Assembly: GCA_022703965.1 (NCBI GenBank)
Contig: JAKJHH010000002.1
Location: forward strand, 1-43,870
From: Verrucomicrobiota bacterium
GTDB lineage: Bacteria; Verrucomicrobiota; Lentisphaeria; Victivallales; UBA1829
DNA: 43,870 nt
Direction of reading: 5' to 3'
Position numbers and translations under genes: made by a program. Below are positions 35,465 to 43,592 of this stretch, piece after piece; positions within the stretch are counted from its first letter, which is position 1; every line of letters starts with the position of its first letter. The notes under the pieces were generated by a model. It did no database searches. It saw nothing but the letters and a program-made list of their open reading frames with translations, and had not been told where the DNA came from.

Positions 35465-36229
35465 ATGAAATTCAGTGCTACCGATTGGAGTTTTTTGAAA
35501 AAAAGCGGACTTGAGCCGCAGGAATATTACGAAAAGCTTAAGAAAGCCGGATTCGATGCGGTGGAAATGACGGAACCAGCTCTTCGCGAAACTGCCCGCA
35601 AGGCAGGACTCGAAGTCCTGAATATATCCTGTCCGGGTATGGAGAAGGGGCTCAACCGCAAGGAAAATCATGCTGATTTGCTTCCTAAGATCAAGGATTG
35701 CATTTATGAAGCGGCGGACAACAAGGTCAAGTATGTGATCGTCTTCAGCGGTGCCCGTGCGGGACAGGATGATTCTGAAGGGCTTAAGAACTGTCGCACA
35801 GCTGTTGAAACTCTTATTCCCGATGCCGAAAAAACAGGAGTCGAAATACACTTTGAAGGCTTCAACACATACGATCATCCCGATTATCAGGGAAGCAGTT
35901 CTCGTTATATGTTCAGCCTAGTCAAAGCGGTGAACTCTCCATACTTCAAGGCTCTTTTCGACATATACCATATGGAAATGGCGGGTGAATATACCGCGTC
36001 AATCATCCGCGACAACCTTGATCTGATAGGACATCTCCACGTTGCCGGAGCGGGAAAGCGTCTTGCTCCGAAGATGGACGGACTTATCAAATATCCTGAA
36101 ATCGTGAAACAAGCGACATCAGCCTCGTATTCCCGCTACTGGGGACTTGAGTTTTTCCCGTCAGACGATGTTCTGGGCGATTTCGTGAGAGTCAAGAACG
36201 AAATGCTGAAGGCTTCCAAAGTGTATTGA
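35465..36229 (+). CDS. Hydroxypyruvate-isomerase-like / sugar phosphate isomerase-epimerase (xylose-isomerase-like TIM barrel)
   Basis: 254 aa. The motifs GFDAVEM, VIVFSG, IHFEGFN, FDIYHME and GHLHVAG are typical of Hyi/AP_endonuc_2-type TIM barrels. An AGAGGA RBS is present. Confidence 0.7.
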   Translation: MKFSATDWSFLKKSGLEPQEYYEKLKKAGFDAVEMTEPALRETARKAGLEVLNISCPGMEKGLNRKENHADLLPKIKDCIYEAADNKVKYVIVFSGARAGQDDSEGLKNCRTAVETLIPDAEKTGVEIHFEGFNTYDHPDYQGSSSRYMFSLVKAVNSPYFKALFDIYHMEMAGEYTASIIRDNLDLIGHLHVAGAGKRLAPKMDGLIKYPEIVKQATSASYSRYWGLEFFPSDDVLGDFVRVKNEMLKASKVY

Positions 36230-36308
36230 TTCGCAATACATTAATATTGAGGCGGAATCTTATATTTGCCTTGCGCGATGCTATATTAGCGCCGAAAGCA
36301 CGAAACAA

Positions 36309-36472
36309 GGGAGCCTCTAAAAATTGACTTGAGAAAAAAAATCATGTATTGCGGCTTAAAGCCATGATTTTGCAAGTCATCGGCTAGCAGAGCTAACCGA
36401 TGCCGCGCAAGGTCGTGGCGCTTGCCGCAAGACAGAGTTTTGTTCCAAGTTTTTCAATTTTTAGAGGTTCCC
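36309..36472 (+). other. 164-nt inverted-repeat-bounded structured element (candidate cis-regulatory leader RNA or MITE/REP-like repeat)
   Basis: GGGAGCCTCTAAAAATTGA (36309-36327) pairs with TCAATTTTTAGAGGTTCCC (36454-36472), giving 19 bp with one G.U. The helix encloses three local hairpins (36340-36369, 36378-36402, 36405-36428). The element ends 14 nt before the AAGGAG RBS of the GH38 gene. Confidence 0.5.
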
Positions 36473-36499
36473 GCAATGCATAACGCAAGGAGATATAAG

Positions 36500-39400
36500 A
36501 TGCTTAAACATCCGGCGCTTACAGAAGCAAAGGTCAAGAATCTCATCGCCCGCATATACCCTGCGGACGTCTATCCTGAAAACATTCCCGTTGATGTGGA
36601 AATCCACGAAGTCAAAGGCGAACCAATAACCTATCAGGAAGCTGTAAAGAGAAAGTACAAGCCTCTCGCCAAAGGTCAGGAATGGGGAAGTCTCTGGGAC
36701 ACCGTCTGGTTCAAGGTCAAAGGAAAAGTTCCGGCTAAATGGAAAGGCTCCGAAGTAGTCGCCAGAATCAGCTTCAACTACATCTTCCGCGAAGGATTCT
36801 CCTGCGAAGGACTGATCTGGATGGATGGCAAACCTGTTACCGCCATCAACATGAACCGCGACGACATTCCGATCACACGCAAGGCTTCAGGCAGTGAATC
36901 ATTCGAGTTCTACGTCGAAGTCGGCGCAAATCCGATGGGCGAATGTACATTCAACGGCAGACTCCTTGCCCCGGACTACAACTCTGCTCCTCAGTACAAG
37001 ATCACTGAAGCAGTCCTTTCAATCTACAATCGCGAGGCTAACGACATCTACAGCATGCTCAACTTCGCGCTTGAGACAATGAAGGCTCTGCCTGAAGGTC
37101 AGAGAAAAGGACGCCTTCTCTACGCCCTCAACGACGCAGTAAACGTTCTTGAGCCCGGCGACATGAAGAGTCTCAGAAAAGCCATTGATCTTGTGATGCC
37201 CGAACTCAAGAGAAAGAACGGCGACACTGTTCACAAGATTTCCGCCACAGGTCATGCGCACATCGACACAGCATGGCTCTGGCCGCTCCGCGAAACCGTC
37301 AGAAAATGCTCAAGAACCTTCTCTACCGCCCTCAAATACATGGATGAGTATCCTGAATACGTATTCTCATGTTCTCAGGCTGTTCAGTACGCATGGATGA
37401 AGAAGAATTATCCTGACATCTTCAAGGGCATCAAGGAGAAGACAAAGAGAGGTCAGTGGGAACCCGTCGGCTCAATGTGGGTCGAACCGGACTGCAATAT
37501 ATCCTCGGGCGAATCGCTTGTCCGCCAGATTTTCTACGGCAAAAAGTTCTTCAGAGAAGAGCTCGGAGTCGATACAAAGGATCTCTGGCTGCCCGATGTT
37601 TTCGGATACAGCGCGGCTCTTCCGCAGATTCTCAAGAAGTCTGGAATCGATGTATTCACAACCATCAAGATAAGCTGGAATCAGTTCAACAAATTCCCCT
37701 ATCACACCTTCTTCTGGAAGGGTATCGACGGAACTGAAATATTCTCGCACTTCCCGCCATGCAGCAACTATAACGGCTTTACCGAACCATGGGAACTGCT
37801 CAAGGCTGCCAACGAGTTCAAGGAAAACGACAGATGCAACCGCTCTCTCTACATGTACGGCTGGGGCGACGGCGGCGGAGGACCGACACGCAAGCAGATC
37901 GAGTGGGGACTTCTTTCCAAGGATGTCGAAGGACTTCCGCAGGTCACTCTTGAGCCTTCATCCGAATTCTTCAAGAAAGCTCAGAAGGATGCCAAGGATC
38001 TTCCTGAATGGGTTGGCGAACTCTATCTTGAACTGCATCGCGGAACATACACAACTCAGGCAAGAACAAAGAGGGCAAACCGCAAGAACGAGCTCAACCT
38101 CAGAAATGCTGAATTCCTCGACGCTCTCTCTTTCATCAAGGGAACAAAGAACTCAACAGAGCTCATCCCTTCACCTGAATTCGCTATTTACGAAGCACCC
38201 GACGAAAGCCGCGGCAAGTCTCCGAGAGCCAAGCACGCCGAAGCTCTCGACAGAGCCTGGAAAATGGTTCTCACCAACCAGTTCCACGACATCATTCCCG
38301 GCAGCTCTATCAACTGGGTTTACAAGGATAACCTCATTGACCACGAAAAGGTCGAAGCTCTCGCCAAGGGCGTTTCCGCAAGCGCAATTTCAGGCATAGC
38401 CGACGAAGTAAGCACAAAGGGAATCAAAAACCCGATGATGCTCGTCAATACTCTCTCCTTCAAGCGCGGCGAAGTTATCGACATCAACGACCGCGACAGC
38501 ATCTATACTGAAGTTCCTTCAATGGGATACTCGGTAGTCGATGCCAAGAAGCTGCTCAACAAGCTTCCTGAAGGACTTGAGCCTGTCATGGTCAGCGTGA
38601 AGGGCGGCAAAACCGTCATCACAAACGGACTGCTTAAGATCACTGTAGACGCAAACGGCCTCATCAGCTCGATAATCGACCTCGAAGCCGGCAACCGTGA
38701 AGTGCTTCCGAAGGGCGCTAAAGGCAACCTCTTCCAGCTCCACAAGGACAGACCTGTCAACTGGGATGCCTGGGACGTCGATGTATTCTACAAGGAAACC
38801 GTCACAGACATAACCGAGCTCAAGAGTTTCAAAGTTCTCTACACAAGTCAGCTCAAGACAGTTGTACGCATCGAGCGTGAATTCAGCGGCTCCAAGCTTG
38901 TTCAGGACATGATTGTCCGCGCAGGCACAAAGAGAATCGACTTCGTGACGGATGTAGACTGGAACGAACAGCACAAGATGCTGAAAGTCGCCTTCCCCGT
39001 CGAAGCGCTTGCACCTAAGGCAGTCTGTGAAATTCAGTTCGGACATGTTGAGCGTCCAACGCACTACAACACAAGCTGGGATATGGCAAAGTTTGAAGTC
39101 TGCGCCCACAAGTACGTTGACATCTCCGAGCACGGCTACGGCGCGGCCCTCATCAACGACTGCAAGTACGGACACGACATACACGGCAATACAATGCGCC
39201 TGAGCCTGCTCAGAGCTCCGACAGCTCCCGATCCGGAAGCTGACCGCGGCAAGCACAAGTTCACCTACTCGTTCCTGCCTCACAAGGGCGACTTCAGAGC
39301 AGCAGGTGTAATCAGTGAATCCTACAGCCTCAACATTCCTGTGATCTCCATGCCTCTTGCTGAAAATCAGAGCGGCAAACTGCCGTCTTCGATGAGTTTC

Positions 39401-39655
39401 TTCAAGATCAAGGACAATCCGGCGATGGTAATTGAAGCGGTCAAGGTTTCAGACGACGGCAAGTCCGTGATCGTCAGACTTTATGAGTCCTTCGGTTCAC
39501 GCGGCAGCTTTACGATGGAATCCGATATTCCGTTCAAGTCCGCGAGCCTGACAAACCTGCTCGAAGAAAAGCAGGCCGATCTCAAGCTCAAGGACAAAGC
39601 TGTAAGTCTTGAAGTCAAGCCCTTCGAGATCATCACAATCTCCTTCCAGCTCTGA
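36500..39655 (+). CDS. GH38-family alpha-mannosidase (cytoplasmic type)
   Basis: GH38 motifs are SATGHAHIDTAWLWP, WVEPDCNISSGESLVRQ, LPDVFGYS and LELHRGTYTTQ. It is about 1,051 aa with no signal peptide. I chose the ATG at 36500 because AAGGAG lies 7 nt upstream. The TTG at 36422 would place the start inside the structured element. Confidence 0.85.
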   Translation: MLKHPALTEAKVKNLIARIYPADVYPENIPVDVEIHEVKGEPITYQEAVKRKYKPLAKGQEWGSLWDTVWFKVKGKVPAKWKGSEVVARISFNYIFREGFSCEGLIWMDGKPVTAINMNRDDIPITRKASGSESFEFYVEVGANPMGECTFNGRLLAPDYNSAPQYKITEAVLSIYNREANDIYSMLNFALETMKALPEGQRKGRLLYALNDAVNVLEPGDMKSLRKAIDLVMPELKRKNGDTVHKISATGHAHIDTAWLWPLRETVRKCSRTFSTALKYMDEYPEYVFSCSQAVQYAWMKKNYPDIFKGIKEKTKRGQWEPVGSMWVEPDCNISSGESLVRQIFYGKKFFREELGVDTKDLWLPDVFGYSAALPQILKKSGIDVFTTIKISWNQFNKFPYHTFFWKGIDGTEIFSHFPPCSNYNGFTEPWELLKAANEFKENDRCNRSLYMYGWGDGGGGPTRKQIEWGLLSKDVEGLPQVTLEPSSEFFKKAQKDAKDLPEWVGELYLELHRGTYTTQARTKRANRKNELNLRNAEFLDALSFIKGTKNSTELIPSPEFAIYEAPDESRGKSPRAKHAEALDRAWKMVLTNQFHDIIPGSSINWVYKDNLIDHEKVEALAKGVSASAISGIADEVSTKGIKNPMMLVNTLSFKRGEVIDINDRDSIYTEVPSMGYSVVDAKKLLNKLPEGLEPVMVSVKGGKTVITNGLLKITVDANGLISSIIDLEAGNREVLPKGAKGNLFQLHKDRPVNWDAWDVDVFYKETVTDITELKSFKVLYTSQLKTVVRIEREFSGSKLVQDMIVRAGTKRIDFVTDVDWNEQHKMLKVAFPVEALAPKAVCEIQFGHVERPTHYNTSWDMAKFEVCAHKYVDISEHGYGAALINDCKYGHDIHGNTMRLSLLRAPTAPDPEADRGKHKFTYSFLPHKGDFRAAGVISESYSLNIPVISMPLAENQSGKLPSSMSFFKIKDNPAMVIEAVKVSDDGKSVIVRLYESFGSRGSFTMESDIPFKSASLTNLLEEKQADLKLKDKAVSLEVKPFEIITISFQL

Positions 39656-39669
39656 TATCAAATCCAAGC

Positions 39670-39704
39670 GGGGATGCGTTTGCAAAAGCGCATCCCCCTT
39701 TTTT
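39670..39704 (+). terminator. Rho-independent terminator after the GH38 gene
   Basis: GGGGATGCGTTT-gcaa-AAGCGCATCCCC forms a 12-bp stem whose lower 9 bp are GC-rich. TTTTTT follows at 39699-39704. The U-tract overlaps the stop codon of the convergent gene at 39703. Confidence 0.7.
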
Positions 39705-42700
39705 ATTTCAGCTCAAGACTTCCCCAGTTTGCCGGCGACGTCCAGTTCCCGGAATTACCTGCCCATACAATCGTTTTTCTTGAAGATTCCCCTGCAATAT
39801 CTGTATCCGTAGCCTGAAAACTCATAGGCAGCTTGAGGCCTTTGGAAGGACTGAAATCGCTCTTCAAGGATTTCCACGGAATAGCAGCTTCAAGCATATA
39901 TCCATACTTGAAGGCTTTTGAGGCTATTTTTATATCCGCATCTTTTTTCAGCTGACAGCACCATGCCGTAGCTTCTTTCTGAGTTCCTCCGGCAGGAGCC
40001 AGAAGCATCTGAAAATCTGTTTTACTCATCGCATTGACTTCTTTTGAAAGAGCCGCTCTTTTCGGACTTTCAGGGTCAAGGCCGAGGAAAAACTCTATCC
40101 CGTCCGAATCCCATGCGGAAGCCTGAGGCGCATGACGTTCCAACATGTTGTCATAAACAATTGCACCGAGATAGAGATTCGAGGAATCCCAGCGGAAACG
40201 CATCTCGCAGGAGAGATCAAGCGGACCGCTCCAGAGTTCACGTCCTTTCTGAACTTTTGAGGATGCCGAAGCACCGCAAACGCCTTCAGAAGTCCATTCG
40301 CCAAGATCTCCGTCAATAGTAATCGAAGATGGCGGAACCTCCATTGCAAACGCTTCTTTTGAGCTGGACAACACCGCTTTCAAATATGTTTCTGACGGAA
40401 AAGGAGGAATCGACAGCACAGCATCAAGTCCGTCAACAGACATCTTAAAAGACTGAGGAGCTTCCGAAACTTTCATTGAAAGAAGCGGAAATAAAGCAGC
40501 GCGCCGTTCCTCCGGATTTATCGTAAGATTCATGCCCGCCTTTTTAAACTGCCATCCTGAAGCCGCATTTTTGAGCTCGACCAGAGGATTCAGCACTTTA
40601 TTTGTCTTGTTGACTGCATATACGCCAAGGGCAGGATTTTCAGTATCATCCAGCTCCATGCCGCCGCTTACTGAAAAACGGTCGCCGTCAATATCCGCAT
40701 CACTCAGGAAGGAACGGACAGCCTTGAAATCAGCTACGTCAAAACAGAGGTAAACAGGAGCAGTATTCAAGCTGAGAATTCCGTTTTTATAAGCGTCGCA
40801 AGCTTCTCCGAAAAAGTTATAAACCGAGAAGCCCGGACCTTTTGCAGGAAGCTTCAGAGCGGATGCTTTTTCTGAATCCCACAGGGCGGCAAGTATTCCT
40901 TTTTCGCCCTCATAAAGCGCGACATATCTGCTTGAACCAAGCTTCATAAGTTCAACTGGATGATTGCGTCCCTCAAGCATTCTGGCGAGACCGTTTGCGG
41001 CAAGAAGTTCAGGACACGGCGAGCCGTCATACTCGATATGCTGAAGTCCGTAAGGACTGCGATGCGACATTATGTAAATATCATTCGGCATATTTCCGAA
41101 CCAGAAAAACGGACCTTTGCCCACCGAAGAATCAATGAGAGTTTCACGAATCAGAAATTCCGCCTTGGCTCGAAAATCAGGAACGCAAAAACCGGGCTCA
41201 TGTAAATAGGCTCCGGGCAAATTTATTTTCTCTGCGGAATAACCTGTAATTTTCGTATTGTGGCTCTTCTCTGTATGCCATACAGGAAGGACTTTGCCGT
41301 ATTGAGCCATAGCCGCTTGAAGGACAGCTATCATCTTGTCCGTTCCGTTTACAAGACTGCGCTCCGGAGCGACATTGCTGTACATATGAATGGACAGAAC
41401 ATCCATGCTGCGTCCTTTATCAAGCTCCAGAACACGTTTCGTCCAGGGAGCAGGTTCTCCGCCCCAGTCTGAAGTTGCGCACCCGCCTACTATTTTGCTC
41501 GATGAATCGACAGTTTTTGCCGCTTTTGAGGCTGATTCAAGATAAGGCAGATATTCTTCAGGACTTATCCAGCAATTGGGTTCATTCATTATTTCCCAGT
41601 ATTTTATTTTGCCTTTATAGCGTTCTGCCAGAGTCTTCACATAAAAAGACCAAGCTTCAAGCCTGGGAAAAGATACATCAAGAGCCCAGGAATTCTTTAC
41701 AGAGCTTTTTGCCACACGCTCAGTAGCCCATTCGGGAATAAACGCATTGCCGTTTTTGTCGTATGAGGCTCGGCCGAATCCGCTTCCAAGTATGGGCATG
41801 ATATTGAGTTTTGCGTCCTGACAGTTTTTCATCACTATGTCTGTCTCCTCAAAATTCAATTTCCCTTCCTCGGGACATGTTCTTTTAAATGTAAAATCCC
41901 AGCTCCTTGTCCAGCCGAAACCGAGCTTTCGGACAATCGGATTTCCATCTGCCGCATCACAGCCAAGAGCCCAGTCATCAGGCAGGAATCCATCGTATTC
42001 CATTGGCTGATAAACGCCGAAGATAAGCTCATCTGAAAGATTGGCATCCTTACTCTTAAAGTAAATCCTGTAATAACCGCAGGGGAGCTGAGGAATTTTC
42101 ATTGAGGACTTCAGATTGGACTCGGCCTGAATGGAAAAGTCCAGTTTCCCTTCGGCAAGATTCTTGTCCCAATAGTCCTTGATCAAATAGGAAATGGACA
42201 AGTCCGTTTTTTCTTTGGAGTTGTTCCGAAAGAATAGACTGATTTCCCCATTTTTCAGTTCAGATTTGCTGAAAAGCTTATGTTTCTGCTGTATCTGCGC
42301 ACCGAATTCCAGGGCTTCAGGCATATATTCTCCAAGCTCGCCCTCCTCAAGCTGCATGTTGTCAATCCAAAGTTTTCCTGAAGAAACAGCAGGATGTATT
42401 CCCGCCCATGTTTTACAGTAATTCAGTACATTAAATTTAGCGGGTTTGAACGTGTATGAATATCTTTTCCAATCCCTGCCAACATTGAAGCTGATACCGC
42501 TTGTGCCGTCCCAGCTGCCGTTTTCACGACAGTCAAGAGATGCTCTCATTGAATCCGAATCCGACTTCATCCATGCGGAAAGCGTATATGTCTTTTCAGG
42601 ATCAAGTTTAAGCGGACGCGACTCCACCATATTAAAGTTGAAGCGGCCTCGTTTAGCCTTGATATCCTCAGCCGTAATGAGCAGACTGTATTTTCCAGAG

Positions 42701-43575
42701 TAAGCGTCACTATCATCAAATGCCGGCTGAACGGCCGGACTTGTCCATGCTTCAGACCAACTGTAAACGGCAAGAGGATTGATTCCGTGAGGTCCTACCT
42801 CAAAACCTGAGCCTGCGCCAAGGAGATTTTTCTTTATAAGAACCTGTTTTGTCACCGAAGAAGCGGCAAGAGCCGGAAACTGTTCGCCTTTCTTCAAAAG
42901 AGCCATTTGGAAACTGAACTTGTCATCCTTGAGATTCATGTAAAGATGAAAATCCGTTTCAGGCTTGCCGTGATGACGGCAGTCGGCAATATTGTAGGAA
43001 ATATCAGAGGAAAGTACTTTGATTCCAAGCTCATTTTCTGCATCTATGGAAAAGCGGAATTCACCTGCGGCTTTGCCCTGATTCAAGATATAGTTTGTCC
43101 CTTTTTCCTCAGGGAAAGCCATTTTTTTCCCGTCGACAATAAACTCATGTCCGGCAAAAATTTTGACGGGAAGAAGAATTCGGTATTTCACATTTTCCTT
43201 GGCAGGAAATTCCAGCTCGCTTTTGTATGAGATATCAGCAATAACAGTTCCATTAACCTGTCTGTATGAAGTCTTGATAGATGCCTTGTATTCTTCGCAA
43301 TATGAATCCATCGCAACAGTTTTTGTCTCCTTATCAACAGCCGAGTTTTTTTCTTTAGGCAGCTTATAGCCTGGAAATATAGGGCCGACAAAAATAACAG
43401 AGTCGCCCGAAGGCATAGCAAGCTGCCAGCCTGAAGAATACTTTTTAGGTTCAAACTGAATGTTTGTAACTGTATCCGCAAAAAATCCGTTCGGACAGAA
43501 ACTCAGCTCGTTTGCGAAAGAGGAAATGGCAATACACAAAGCGGCCATCCCCAGTATGATCCGGGTTGATTTCAT
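39703..43575 (-). CDS. Secreted multi-domain glycoside hydrolase (clan GH-A TIM barrel) with a CBM4_9-like module and a C-terminal CBM9/DOMON-like module
   Basis: Signal peptide MKSTRIILGMAALCIAISSFA. CBM4_9-like segment YSLLITAEDIKAKRGRFNF...YTLSAWMKS...LWIDNMQLEEGE. TIM-barrel motif KIKYWEIMNEPN. The C-terminus DGDLGEWTSEG...RWDSSNLYLGAIVYDN...DSDGIEFFLGLDP is CBM9-like. The architecture matches 1441-5037. An AGGAGA RBS is present. Confidence 0.6.
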   Translation of the reverse strand: MKSTRIILGMAALCIAISSFANELSFCPNGFFADTVTNIQFEPKKYSSGWQLAMPSGDSVIFVGPIFPGYKLPKEKNSAVDKETKTVAMDSYCEEYKASIKTSYRQVNGTVIADISYKSELEFPAKENVKYRILLPVKIFAGHEFIVDGKKMAFPEEKGTNYILNQGKAAGEFRFSIDAENELGIKVLSSDISYNIADCRHHGKPETDFHLYMNLKDDKFSFQMALLKKGEQFPALAASSVTKQVLIKKNLLGAGSGFEVGPHGINPLAVYSWSEAWTSPAVQPAFDDSDAYSGKYSLLITAEDIKAKRGRFNFNMVESRPLKLDPEKTYTLSAWMKSDSDSMRASLDCRENGSWDGTSGISFNVGRDWKRYSYTFKPAKFNVLNYCKTWAGIHPAVSSGKLWIDNMQLEEGELGEYMPEALEFGAQIQQKHKLFSKSELKNGEISLFFRNNSKEKTDLSISYLIKDYWDKNLAEGKLDFSIQAESNLKSSMKIPQLPCGYYRIYFKSKDANLSDELIFGVYQPMEYDGFLPDDWALGCDAADGNPIVRKLGFGWTRSWDFTFKRTCPEEGKLNFEETDIVMKNCQDAKLNIMPILGSGFGRASYDKNGNAFIPEWATERVAKSSVKNSWALDVSFPRLEAWSFYVKTLAERYKGKIKYWEIMNEPNCWISPEEYLPYLESASKAAKTVDSSSKIVGGCATSDWGGEPAPWTKRVLELDKGRSMDVLSIHMYSNVAPERSLVNGTDKMIAVLQAAMAQYGKVLPVWHTEKSHNTKITGYSAEKINLPGAYLHEPGFCVPDFRAKAEFLIRETLIDSSVGKGPFFWFGNMPNDIYIMSHRSPYGLQHIEYDGSPCPELLAANGLARMLEGRNHPVELMKLGSSRYVALYEGEKGILAALWDSEKASALKLPAKGPGFSVYNFFGEACDAYKNGILSLNTAPVYLCFDVADFKAVRSFLSDADIDGDRFSVSGGMELDDTENPALGVYAVNKTNKVLNPLVELKNAASGWQFKKAGMNLTINPEERRAALFPLLSMKVSEAPQSFKMSVDGLDAVLSIPPFPSETYLKAVLSSSKEAFAMEVPPSSITIDGDLGEWTSEGVCGASASSKVQKGRELWSGPLDLSCEMRFRWDSSNLYLGAIVYDNMLERHAPQASAWDSDGIEFFLGLDPESPKRAALSKEVNAMSKTDFQMLLAPAGGTQKEATAWCCQLKKDADIKIASKAFKYGYMLEAAIPWKSLKSDFSPSKGLKLPMSFQATDTDIAGESSRKTIVWAGNSGNWTSPANWGSLELK

Positions 43576-43592
43576 TGATTTCTCCTTAACTG

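Noticed and set aside
36309-36472. Assignment of the structured element to a known riboswitch class (c-di-GMP, TPP, cobalamin and others).
   Set aside because: I could find none of the conserved core sequences of those classes by eye. A 19-bp closing helix is also atypical for them. I left the element unclassified pending Rfam and copy-number checks.
36422-36499. An N-terminal extension of the GH38 ORF from a TTG start.
   Set aside because: The extension lies inside the inverted-repeat element and has no RBS. The ATG at 36500 has AAGGAG 7 nt upstream and yields a typical GH38 N-terminus.
38519-39283. A 254-aa ORF antisense to the GH38 gene. Similar long antisense or alternate-frame ORFs occur at 35381-35878, 7756-8295, 10316-10801, 12085-12576, 3694-4167, 28105-28599 and 30220-30714.
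   Set aside because: Each lies entirely inside a gene whose sense frame carries strong family motifs. Their translations are low-complexity or Arg/Ser/Cys-rich with no recognisable domains or RBS. They are typical shadow ORFs.
39670-39704. Treating the GH38 terminator as fully bidirectional.
   Set aside because: On the minus strand the hairpin is followed by GCUUGGAUUUGAU rather than a U-tract. I therefore annotated only plus-strand function. Minus-strand termination would be weak at best.
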